From: Perkinsus olseni
Taxonomy: Eukaryota
Length of the DNA stretch: 32,680 nt
Direction of reading: 5' to 3'
Assembly: GCA_013115125.1 (NCBI GenBank)
Contig: JABANN010000400.1
Span: 1-32,680 of the forward strand
The notes under the pieces were generated by a model. The model had not been told where the DNA came from. It ran no database searches and saw nothing but the letters and a program-made list of their open reading frames with translations. A program made the translations under genes and the position numbers. Shown in pieces: positions 11,398-22,993 of this stretch. How positions within the stretch are numbered: position 1 is the stretch's first letter; the number at the start of each line of letters is the position of its first letter.

Positions 11398-12835
11398 TTA
11401 TAGCTTCTCACCGTGAGCACCATCTCCAGGGGCCACAGCAATGGTATCGCACTTGATACCACTAGCCTTCTCGTATTTCTCAGCAACCTGCTTACAGAAA
11501 GCGTCCACCTTGTCGGCCTCAACTAGGTTAATAGTGCAGCCACCGAAGCCACCGCCCATCAGTCGAGCGCCCAGGAACCCAGGACAGCTCTGGGCTTGGT
11601 CAAACATGATATCAAGCTCCTTGCAAGAGTTGCCGAAATCATCGCGACTAGAAACGTGAGAGTCATTCATGAGCTGACCGAACCTCTTCATGTCTTTTTT
11701 CGAGATAGCATCCATGGCCTCGGCAACACGAGTATTCTCACCTGAAGGTACACAGTAGAGCCGCGACCCTCCCTCCCATCAGCCCTACCAATAATGTGAT
11801 TGGCTCTCTTCCTATCATCCTCGGACAAAACTGACTTCTTCACGTCATAAGTCTTGGTATCGATATCCCTCAGGAAGGGCACGCCAAGGGCCTTGGCAGC
11901 ACCGAAGCAGCACTTCCTCAGCTCGTTGTATTTACCATCCACGAGTTGGTGGGGGGCATGGGTGTTGCATAGAACAAAACGGACATCACCTAAGAGCACA
12001 CTATTCAACAGAGACCATCACAGCACCAGGCTTACCCTGCAGAGGGACGTAATCACAGCTGTTATCACGGCAATCCAGATGGACCAGCTGACCGCTCTTG
12101 CCAAAGGCAGAGGTGTACTGATCCAAAATACCACATCCCATGCCGACAAAATTGTTCCTGAAATGGCGAGAATAGGACGCGTCTTCTCATCAGTTGTGAT
12201 ACTTACTCAGCACTCTTGCAAGCCAAAACGACATCAAGTAGCTTGGCCTTGTACAACTTGCTATCGGGGCCGTCCAACTCTCGGATGAGGTTGGCAGTAG
12301 CGAGCTCGATGGCAGCAGAGGAGGACACACCAGCACCTGATAATAGAACCACATTTCCCACACTTCAGTGAACAATAATGCCTACCAACGGGGACATTAG
12401 AGTAGATACATGCCTGGAAGGCAGGGACCTCGTAACCCGCCTTTCTCAGCTCAACGATGACGCCCTTCGAGTAGTTAGCCCAGGAGTTCTCCCCATCATA
12501 TTTGGTATCATCATCGAGATCAAACTCTACCACATTCTTGAACGCACTGCTGTGAAGGCGCACCTTGTTGTCGGGAGACTTGGCACCGACAACGACGGTG
12601 TAACGATCAATGGCAGCCGATAAGACAAAACCCTCATTATAGTCGGTATGATTACCGAGGATCTCAATACGACCTGATACGGCAGGCACGATAGTAACAA
12701 CAGAATTCAACACTCCACGCCAACTCTACCTGGAGCAGCGCCGAAGACTGTTGGCTTCGACCCAAATCTTTGCTGATAATCCTTAGCAGCGTCTACTATA
12801 AGGGAAGCAGCAGGAGTCTTGAGGGTACTGCTCAT
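11398..12835 (-). CDS. galK: Galactokinase (GHMP kinase); 6 exons 12835-12730, 12673-12386, 12336-12207, 12157-12036, 11989-11789, 11741-11398
   Basis: APGRIEILGNHTDYNEGFVL, NVPVGAGVSSSAA (GHMP ATP loop), AENNFVGMGCGILDQ, LDCR, GARLMGGGFGGCTINLV; five GT-AG introns of 46-56 nt. Confidence 0.95.
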
Positions 12836-13544
12836 TTGCTTCACAACGATAATAAAATCAACTACAAAACGATAATTCACTATGAACTCGCGCGCTCGCT
12901 CCTCAGTTACCATATTCAGGAGGCACATAAGCGTTCACGCTAGCGCCTTCAGCGAGATGGGGACATCCACTAGCATTACTTCACACAACACCCAACAATG
13001 AGGGATATCCAACCGACGAATGGTTAGCTGACGTCGCACAAGATTGAAAATCTAAATTTAACCAACCAGAAACTTGCACGCGGAGTTCCGTTAGAAATTG
13101 TGGAAAGACGAGGAGTTCATTAGGCGGCTTATCAGAAGTAATGACGGATTCAATTGCTCATGAGCCACCAGTAGCCGCACATCGCAGCTCTCTCACAACT
13201 CGCACGTAGCTGATGAAGATTTGTTATGAGTGATGATGGCGATGTTGTACAAAAGAGCATCCACAACCAAGATTGGGTTGACCGCACCACGCAGAAATTA
13301 TGGGAATAGCACATGTTGCTGTATGCTAACAGTAGAACTGAATGGCCTACAAATACAACGCTGTATGCGTAACTTCTCCGACTCACGGGATGTGGCTCTA
13401 GCGACACGAAAAAGTTCATAGCGCAGCTACGCCGGAACCCTCGCAAAATTGCGACACGATTAGACAAAGGCAATTACGCAGTGATTAATTACGGAGGATG
13501 CCAACATCACATGGCAGCTCGGGAGAGCTGAACTAACTACAACC

Positions 13545-13616
13545 GGCTGTGTGGTCTAGTGGTATGATTCTCGCTTAGGGTGCGAGAGGTCCCGAGTTCA
13601 ATTCTCGGCACAGCCC
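13545..13616 (+). tRNA. tRNA-Pro(AGG)
   Basis: Acceptor stem GGCTGTG/CACAGCC; D-arm TGGTCTAGTGGTATGA; anticodon arm CTCGC-TTAGGGT-GCGAG; T-arm CCGAG-TTCAATT-CTCGG; 72 nt, no intron. Confidence 0.97.
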
Positions 13617-13891
13617 TCCCTTTCATTACAGTAGCTCAGGCACACAATATCTTAGAGTTAGAGAAACTTGCATCTGCTCCTCATACTCCGTCCTAATGAC
13701 TTACAAATGTTCAACGACTCGATAAAAACGCGGCATACACTCTAAACTATCTCCTGGGTCACCAGTAACTGAAAGTAACTCACCCTCTTCATGATGAATT
13801 ATACATCCGGATGCAGACTGCTACTAGAAAAATTCCTATGCATTCACGTTCGGAATACAATCGATAAAGAGTAGCGGGAGAGCCCTATTAT

Positions 13892-14651
13892 TCAAGTCAC
13901 CTGGGAGTGCTCTTCCAGGGCATCACTCGAAGTATCCGTCCCAAATGGACACAACGCCATCATCGCGAACTTCCAATGTTGTACGCCGAAGGGTATGCCG
14001 ATGATAGTCACAAAACACACCAAACCCACTGGGAGAACAAAACAGAAGATGCCCGATGGTGACGATGATGTGGTGGCCCCTACATGCCATGTGATAGATG
14101 CATAGTACTAATCCGAGTGGTAACCAGAGGACGTTGCCGACGAGCCTCGTAGTACACTCACACGTGTCCACAGACTGCCGACGCAACACCGTCTTGCCAA
14201 ACGGCAGGAATATCTGACATCAACACCACTATTGCCCCCGAAGATCATAAAGGAGCATCCAGCTTTCATACCGTGTGAAAAGTAAACAAGTCTTCTACTA
14301 ACCCCCTCCTACCAGCCATCCAAGCTTAAAGCATTGCAGGCCGAATGGTATGCCAACTATGGTCACACAACATACTACACCTATCGCCACCCCTGAAAGA
14401 CTTTATTCATAACACGACTGCGTAGCTGCTGTCTTACACATCAGAAAGCTCTCCCAACCGAACAGAAAAGCCCACACTAAATTACACGCCCAGTCACCGC
14501 ACCCTCGCCCATCCACTATATGATACGTTCGTATCGTTTGAACCTGACCCATGTACTGCACGCTTCGATACTCACGACCCACCCGAGTGACAGTGTTAGG
14601 CGCATAGTAGGGATTTTGAGGTGGTGGAGGGGCCTGCACCTGGGGATACAT
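13892..14651 (-). CDS. YccF-like (inner membrane component domain x2) small membrane protein with Pro/Gln-rich N-terminus; multi-exon
   Basis: Two repeats: NLVWAFLFGW...CCVTIVGIPFGLQCFKL...LPFGK and GNVLWLPLG...CFVTIIGIPFGVQHWKFAMMALCPFG. Exact 3' end uncertain (TGA at 13892 if no further intron). Confidence 0.85.
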
Positions 14652-14827
14652 CCACTACAAATCAGTACAGCTGCTCGTCCGACACTTCCCCCGCACTAAG
14701 CTGGATTGATCGAACACAACCTTTTCGTTATCCCCGGTCAACACTGCGGAGAAAATCTTTTTCCTTCTTCTACTGCCGTCGTTGACTATGCGGTTATTGA
14801 CGTCTCCTCCTCCTCCTCCTCGCAGGA

Positions 14828-15401
14828 TTACGCAGCAGCACTATTGCTAGCAGCGTGCATCAAAGTAATGTTATCTCCCTTCAAGAGAATCCTGCCCACA
14901 GGCCTTCGAGTATCCTTCTTAGTGTTGACCTGATGAACAACCACAACATACTCAAGCGCACTCGAGGCCGTCAGTGCCGCGTCGCGATTTTATGCCACTA
15001 GCCCGTTTATAACCTCTTCGGCATCATCCAATACCACATTCATGTACTCATCAAAGCCCAGGATAACGCCCTCCATGCGAAGGTCCTTATGATCATATCT
15101 AAATACAATAATAATACACAAGGGGCTCTAACAGAAAGATGCCTTCGCGCCGCACAGCGAAGAAAGTAAAGAAGCGACCATAATCAACCGCAGAAGCGCT
15201 CAGAATTGTCGAGTTCCGCTAAGCGACGAGCCACCTTTTTAAACCCGTTATTACAACCATACAACAATCCTCGTCTTCTCGGTCAGATACCTGATAAAGT
15301 CCCCTCACTGCTTTACCAATGACGAATGGTGTATCGACCTACCTGAAGATGAGGTTGATGGGCATGGTCATGATCTTCTGCAACTTCCTTTTGGACATCA
15401 T
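14828..15401 (-). CDS. SNRPE: Small nuclear ribonucleoprotein SmE; 4 exons
   Basis: [83 protein letters not shown]: Sm1 and Sm2 motifs of SmE. Confidence 0.95.
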
Positions 15402-15741
15402 CTTTGCGGAGGAAAAGGTGGCAAAAGGAAATCCAGCTACTACAACAATTCAACGACCAATAAAACACCTTCCCATGTTCCTGTGAGATATGCCCTTCCC
15501 ATGAGATGTGGTTAGCTTCACCACACCTTCAAGGACGCTGAATGAGAAACATTACTCATTCCTCAAGCAATTTACTCTAGGCCCTCTTCCGTATGGCAGT
15601 TTCTCATCCTTCAACGACCAATGAAACAACCCGGTAGTTGTGTTGTCTCAACCAATTGTGCAACGGCGGTGTGAGTCGAGTATAACATAATAACCACATC
15701 TCCGAGGACGCTGGATGAGAATCACCCGAACAGAGAATTGG

Positions 15742-15845
15742 GGGTGTTCAAGAGACTGCCTCCTCTAAATGCCAGCAGTGCTCCCAGAATTGAATTCAAA
15801 GTGCGAAGAGGCTCTCGAAACTTTGGAGAGGCCTATTGAACACCC
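15742..15845. mobile_element. Short inverted-repeat-bounded element (possible MITE relic)
   Basis: GGGTGTTCAA (15742-15751) and TTGAACACCC (15836-15845) with imperfect inward pairing; no TSD seen. Confidence 0.3.
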
Positions 15846-16113
15846 GGAATAATTTACTCTCGGTTCCCTTCCTCGGGACAGCTTCCCTGGCGCCAACATC
15901 CAATCAAACAACCCCGGTTCGAAAAGAGTAGTAGTTTGCACGAGTCTAGTGCGCGAGGGGCGAATCTTAACTGTCCGTCCCGGATTCTAATACGACCGAA
16001 GACGAGGGAATGACGATTCCGTAGGCCTACTCGATGATTCAACGACACAAATCGATCAGCGCATGAACAATCGCGCGCGCCCAAAATTCCTCAACCATCA
16101 ACAGCATCTCCCG

Positions 16114-16197
16114 CAGTGCTGCAAATTTTTGGAAAAGAGTCGAAAACATCAATTTCAAGAATTTTTGAGACTCTATTCAAAATTTTGGGCAGCACTG
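16114..16197. mobile_element. 84-bp fold-back element with CAGTGCTGC termini (possible hAT/Tc1-type MITE relic)
   Basis: Left CAGTGCTGCAAATTTTTGGAAAAGAGTCGAAAA versus right (reverse complement) CAGTGCTGCCCAAAATTTTGAATAGAGTCTCAAAA; a third related copy at ~15775-15830; no TSD seen. Confidence 0.4.
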
Positions 16198-16417
16198 TCT
16201 TGGAAGAGTTGGTGCTTCCCTAGCAGATCTAACACAATACCGTCAATAATAACGATATGATATGACAGAGAACAACTTATGCTGATTCTGATTCTGCTCA
16301 TGACCAGCGATGACGACTGGCAAAAAGGAAAATGACTGGCAGTATTTACAGTGTTTAAAACGTTATAATAGAAGATATGTTTCTTATGTGATACAATGAT
16401 GAGCACCATCTCCGGAG

Positions 16418-19400
16418 TTAGTCATCATCTGGGGAGTTGAGGCTCCACACCTCCACGTCTTGTATGACAAAATCTTCGCTTGATGCTAGTGGACCCGAAT
16501 TATATGTTAGACAATGTCCAGTTGAACCCTGAAGAAGAAACTCGTACCACACTTTCACCAACTCCCAGACATGAAATACCAACGCCAACCAGAGCGGCGA
16601 GAATTCCGTTAATCTCTCTTCGCGTGCTAGCCGTTTCAAAATAGTATCACTTACAAGGACCTAGCTGTCGAATTGGCTAACAATAGTTTCGCTACCATAA
16701 CCTGTCCCAGGTCACAAGGATTTTTATTCTACGCATAAGATTGTCAAATACGATGACGATGTTGATGATACGGCAACCATCGAGTCCAAGTAGTACAAAG
16801 ACGATGCTATTACCCTGAGCCAGGAATCGTAGATGCAGATGGCGCTCTGGCCAGATTTCCCTCCACCCCCAATCACGAGCCGACGCTCATCGCCGTACTG
16901 AAGAGGACGATGCGGAAAAGTCGCGCGCCACGAAATTGCGGGGGTGCTACCTGGAAAAACTCGTTCTTGCTGCTCCAAGGATATAATGTTATATCCCCTC
17001 TGTCATAGCCATGCTTACCAAAGGTGAAGACCCAGCTTTCACCTGAAATACCGTCACTGCGCCACGAAATTATCAACTGCTGCAGCTGAAGAGCCCAACA
17101 TACTGCCTCCCTAAATTTCAGGAGCGCTCCCAGGATTGGATTTAACGTGGGAAAGACCACCCTGGGAGCGCCCATGAATCTCAGAAGAGGCACTCTTACC
17201 AACACCAAAATCGTTTGTCGACAGATTTATTATGATACTAACTACTGTACGACGATTCGCCAATTTGAAAGTCTACTATGATCAGGCTAGAATCCTATAC
17301 CATCCAACCCGAACAACCAGAAAGTTGAAATTCCGGAGAGGTCTGTTGAACATTAGGAGCCCTGCATACCATTGCCGCAGAACTTTCCCGATTTCCTCCA
17401 CTGCCCCATACACAGGGCGCCGAACACTGTCCCCTCGGTGTCTTTTATAAGCAGAATAGACGGGCAGGGCATCCGCTCCATGTGCCTTGTCGAAAGGACA
17501 ACACATTAGTATGAAAGCGTCACTGCGCCACGAAATTACCTGTAGAAATTGTCCAGAGAGATGCCGTGCACCTTGGGCGAGTATGATAGAGTCCATTGCT
17601 GAAAAGGAAAAACATCACTAAGAGCAGGAAGCCCTCAGAATGGTTACCGTGAACCGCAACATAATAGGGAGATGGTCCGACAGTGTAGCCGCAGCCCTCC
17701 TTGTCAACAACCAAGGGTCCTTCGCATCCAAGTGACTGCGAAGGGAAAAGATACTGCTGCATGATCATCGCAATGTAAAGCGATAAAATGAGCGGCCTAG
17801 GTAGTAGTGAATGAGGATGTGACGTAAAAACCGACGTTATTTTCTCTTCGAGAATATTAATGTTGGAACAGCGTGAGATTGAGACTACCGTCATCCGATA
17901 CCACGATCAACCTCTATACTGCTCTGCAGAGCACTGCAGACACTTATATATGCGGCACGGCGAGAAGAGCCTCAGCACGCTAAGTTGTGATACGTATCAC
18001 CCGATAATGAAGAGCATCAATACCAATAGCGTCTTTGTGTATTCTGCAGGATTCCTCTGTTATTAGTATCAACGCTGCCCTCGTCCCACGCTATGATCAT
18101 TCTAGACACTCTCATGATACTACTTTTGTATATACTGCAGAGCACTTTCATCATCCACTGGTATCGTCAGCAGGGGGGCGGCCGAGTCCTGATCCTCGCC
18201 CTCCTCGGATGACGATGAGCCTTGGATCTCGCTGATAGCCACTACGTCAACCTACAAACCATCTCTTCACACAAAGCACTCACAGCGGCAGCGATCACTA
18301 CTCGGGACGGCGACGGAACCATGCCCGGTTTTCCATGATCCACCTGGCCGCCACCACTGCTGGTCTGACCAGTCGTATTTGAAACACTCTTATCTGCAGA
18401 AAAGGCGATTTGCGTACGAGCGAGCAGGAGTCGCGGCAGGCCCACCGTCAGTCAAGCCCATCTTCGCTAGCTCCTCAACAACAGCACTGCAGCTGAACGG
18501 CACTTCTGTGAGAGTGCTGATGTCTGTACAACCTCCTTTCACTGAGCAATTGAGAGGATGATGATCACTGAGACGGCCCCTCGCCGAAACAATAGCAATG
18601 ATAATACTCAAGTTTAATTCCCCGACATGCAAATTACGATACGTTGCAAGTCGCAATCGCCCAGAGAATTTTCAGCTTCATGTCCGCCGCCCCACCGACT
18701 GAGTGAAGGATCGAGCGAGTCGGGCGACCCCTCACCGGAATGATAACCGCGATGATACTTGAGCGTCCTTCACAGAACTCAGTCGAAAAAGCATCTCAAA
18801 AATCACACAGTTCACGTTCATGGGTTGAACATACCGTTCGCGTTAAGTTCACGTTAACGTCAACGTTAAGTAAGTTGACGTTGTGCATGACAGCACTGCC
18901 GCTGCGGATATAACCTTACACTACTGTAGTTCCCCTCGACAAAACCCCTCTACGCGTCACAGGGGATTTACCACGAGTGTACGCAGTTGACCGTCATTTA
19001 CCATTCTAATAGATACTATTCCTATAAGTTCTGCTATTGACGAGATTGCAGAGGAAAGAGACCCCGCAATCCAGGCTCGAGTCCCCCTTCAACAGCAGTA
19101 GTTTCCCTTAAGCGTCCTTGGTAATTCTGCAAACCGGAAGCCCCATTCTCTCAGTATTACCTCTTCTCTCCTCAGCAATATCATCAATAATATCAATCAG
19201 GCTATGGGCCACCTTATACAGCTTCTCACGACTAGGAAACTGATCGTGAGAAAATTAATCCCAACCCAAGCCGCAAAACCTACTTGAAAAACGACGACAT
19301 TGTCGTCCGACAGAGGTACTTGTTGTTGCTGTGAAGGGCTGCCCGTGGAGGCATCGCTCAACACGGAACCCACAGATCCAACTCTGTGCTTGCGACGGCC

Positions 19401-19885
19401 ATGCAGCGTGCTCAACTAAAACGAGGCACTCAACAGAAGAAACGAGAGCGCGACCTCACCTGCAGTTGCAGGAAATGGGCGGCGTACTCATCGGGGTCGG
19501 TCTCGCCGTAGTGACCGAACGTCCCTACGCGACGATGCCATCGAACTGGCTATGCAGTAGTGATCGCTACCCTACCTTGCGGGACCGGTTCCCCTTCATA
19601 CTCGCTGGTCGGCACAGTAACAGCCCCACATTCCACCAAGTCTCTCAGATCTATGTAGGCCTAGAAGAGCACGAGCGATATACTCCAATGGCAGAGCGGC
19701 TGTGCTCTCACCTGATAAGCTCCCATACCCTCAGTCCGCACACGTTCAAACCGAGGGTCCGGCTCGAAGTGTAACGTGGAGGCACTTTCTGATATCGTCA
19801 ACAACCCCGGAGCCTGAGCACCACAATTGTCAACAAAACTAACGGAATAAAAACACTGTATCAACATCGGAAAGCTAGCGCACAT
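16418..19885 (-). CDS. OXR1/NCOA7-like TLDc-domain protein; multi-exon
   Basis: TLDc: WTLSYSPKVHGISLDNFYR|HMERMPCPSILLIKDTEGTVFGA...FCGNG|ESWVFTF...YPWSSKNEFFQ|YGD...LVIGGG...AICIYDSWLR|G..GHCLTYNSGPL...FVIQDVEVW. N-terminal GLLTISE...FEPDP...EGMGAYQ resembles the OXR1 GRAM-like part. Start and middle exons uncertain. Confidence 0.8.
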
Positions 19886-20714
19886 CTACGAGAGTTATTC
19901 GGTTCTTAACCAATATCTATAACAAAAACCTTATACTTGAGTTTAACCCGTAATACCTGAATTGGCGTTTTCCGCCAGGTGGAAGACGCGTAAATGGCGA
20001 TGCAAAATGAAGTCAAATCACTCAGAGAAATACGCACGTGAACACCATTCCGAGAATAACGCATTGAGCATTTCGCGAGAGAGCTTTTTTTCGCGAAAAG
20101 GCGGTTTTATTTTGCAAAAAAAGCAGTTTTCTCCGTGAAAAACAACTCGAGCATTTGACGAATATATACTTATAGTCGTGAATGAGGCGAAATCTAGCCG
20201 CCACCACCTTGACATCTGGTGTACAGAACCATGCATGTTCTCTCATAAAAATATATGGTGACGTGAGCTCCGTGGTATCGCCACTGCCACAACGAGGACC
20301 TGATGACGAGGGTAACAACCAGCTTGCTCCTTCCTACAGTCGCCGTGGCCGCTATTACTCCTCTCCTGGACGAGGACTGCTTCGGGAGTCCCCACTTGAA
20401 CAGCTTCATCTGTTGCCATTACACGTAATCGGTAATTATGATGATGTCAAAACGAATTGAAAAAACTTGAGAAAGATTTTCGAATCGGTAGGGATACTAC
20501 TGCCTCTCCAGAATGGGAGAAGCGTACAAGAAGCATTACCAAAATATCCCAGGTATCGCTCATAAGAAGCGATAAACCGAAGATTCCGGATAACTCAACC
20601 CGGATAAAACTGAAAGGAATGATCTGTAACAACAACAACAGCAGCAAAACCTGAAATCCACAAAAACGAAAGTTCTGAATTGCCCATCTTTTCATCGTCA
20701 AGCTGCGTGCACAA

Positions 20715-21540
20715 TCATGACATGGTAATCCTCAGTATGCCTCTCGCTTCCCCCGACTTCCTGTCGACGCCCTGCATAGAGGTGAGTATCTTCTGTAGGT
20801 CAATCCACACTGGTTCAGTGTATGGCCATGGATCCAGCAGCAACACACTCGCTGTCTCCTTATGATACCCACCTATCGGGGCGAAGTGCCCTCCCCAGGG
20901 AACTTGCCCGGCCTCCGACATATCATAATTAAGAATAAAAAAATCTTTGCTGTGCGCAAAGAGTCGCTCCAACTCTGCTGCACTTTGCGGTCTCACAATG
21001 GCTGTGTCCCATCCCATCATACGGCAACTGTCGCACAATTGAGCTAGCGTTAGTCCCTCTTTCAGGATGGTATCTTTGCGCACCGCGAAGAATTCCATCT
21101 GCAGCATCTCCTCATCGCTCAGAATCTTCCCACTCATCGACGCCAGGACCATCGCCACCGACGTAACCCCGCAACTAGCGTGAGTTTGCTGTCGTCTATA
21201 AAACTTGATACCAGTTGGGCTACACCCTGCCAGTCTTTTCAGTCCCTCCTTCGACCGTAATAAACATAAGCCCTCCTCGTAACTGATGGATGATATCACA
21301 AAGTAATACCGAGATATAACACACACGTAACGGCTCAACTAATATCAGTGAAGAGTGTGAATCTCCTTCAAGGCAACAGCGACATGCAAGAACGCTCACT
21401 TTCGGTAAACTGCCAGCGCTTCCTGCTCGGACATCCTCTTTCTTTTCACAAGCCCATGAACACATCTGTGTCGTTGTTCGACGGGAAACACCTCCGGGAG
21501 GACCTGCTGTAGACCTTGAATGTCGTCCGGAGTCATCCAT
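20715..21540 (-). CDS. Short phytochelatin-synthase-like (papain-fold) protein
   Basis: QQTHASCGVTSVAMVL (Gln oxyanion + Cys), GLTLAQL, GGHFAPIGGYH (His), VLLLDP (Asp), MQGVDRKSGEARG. The core lies in one ORF (20715-21338); N-terminal exon structure unresolved. Confidence 0.8.
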
Positions 21541-22993
21541 AGAACAAAAATCTACATTGTGCAACTAATGTAGTAAACGACCTTCGTCTCATCCTGTAAT
21601 AACGTATCCCACTGAGGCCAGCGAAGCCCTTATTTCGATCGCAGTCAACTCTGTTCCACTCGGAACCAGTACAGCAGGCCGAGCAACCGACCGCCGGTCG
21701 GTTGAACCGAGCACGCTGAGAGTCCGGGAGACTCGTCACACGTCCCCCTTAGACAATGTCTAATAGACATCAGCTCGCTATAGCCTAACCGGGAACGTTC
21801 TGAATAATCCTTCGCCATACCACCACTGGGGCTATCCAGTCCCCAAGTGTTCCCGACAGCGCCGACCTTCTGTGGACTCAGTAACGATATGCTCCCCAAC
21901 GCCCTTGCCACGCAGCATTTCTCCAGTCGACGGCACACCATTCGAAGACGTCAGAACACTGACCAAAAAGGGTTCTGGCTGCTCTCACAGCACAGCTGGA
22001 AGCACGAACCAAACAGCAGCCTCGTGACGGCTGAGAAGAACACGAGGAGCCGCCGTGATCTCAGAGGCCTTCTACCACACTCCTGTTCGAACGAAACATC
22101 AAAGACAGTGCAAGGAAAGCCTTCCCTACGCAGTCAGGAGCGACAAGAGAAAAAGAGGATGGACGACCGTCCCGAAGTGAGTAAATTATAAGTGTGATTT
22201 TATTACAGCCGATGCCTATCCCACGCAGAGCACGCTATCGACATCGATGTTCCAGGAACCCACATTACAAAGGAGGCCGAGATTATCTCGCAACTTACCA
22301 CCGAAAGGCCGCGGAGAATCACCCGAAACATCAACGCTGAGGGCAAAGCGAGCAACGGTAATAGTATAATACGACGGCTGAGCACCACTACACAAGTGCA
22401 GCGGGGCTGAGCCAAAGTGACAGAGAAAGAGCAGCTCAATTAAGCAGCCACTGGCGCAAATACTGTAAAACTGGCATCAGTACAGCCACCAAGAATAGAA
22501 CCAAGGACCTTCCGGTTCAAAGCATAGTGGAGTTGAACCATCCACGCCTCCACCAAACTTCCACTGGCGACAACACCGTGCACAGATGCAAGGGTAGCAT
22601 CAGAAATGGCGGACCCTATGAGAGTCTACCTCGTCTAGTTGTAGATGTGCGCAATCAGTGGCTACTAACAGACCATCCCTCTCGTTGTTCTGACAGAGCA
22701 GATCAGCACAACAGAAAAGAACATCATTGTGGACGAGTAGAGGCCTACGCCTCCACCCGACCTATGACCAGTAAGGACTAATACGACAACAACGACGGTC
22801 ACCGAGTGATCGTCGTGTTAGACCAACCTCTGTGAGCAGTGTAATGACAACAGTAGCAATAATAATCATCAATATACCCACAGCACACAGAATAATTATC
22901 CACCATCACTTTACCATATTACAAACATTCGGGCCTCTCGAAAAAACGAGCCAACTGAAACGATGGACATAAGCCTCACCAAGCGTCCAGCAA

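Noticed and set aside
20070-20140. TTTCGCG / A-tract cluster as an E2F-like promoter of the TLDc gene
   Set aside because: Plausible location, but the motifs are too short to support without comparative data.
21600-22900. Possible non-LTR retroelement fragment or extra gene on +
   Set aside because: Only vague peptide resemblance; no endonuclease/RT motif or coherent exon chain could be read.
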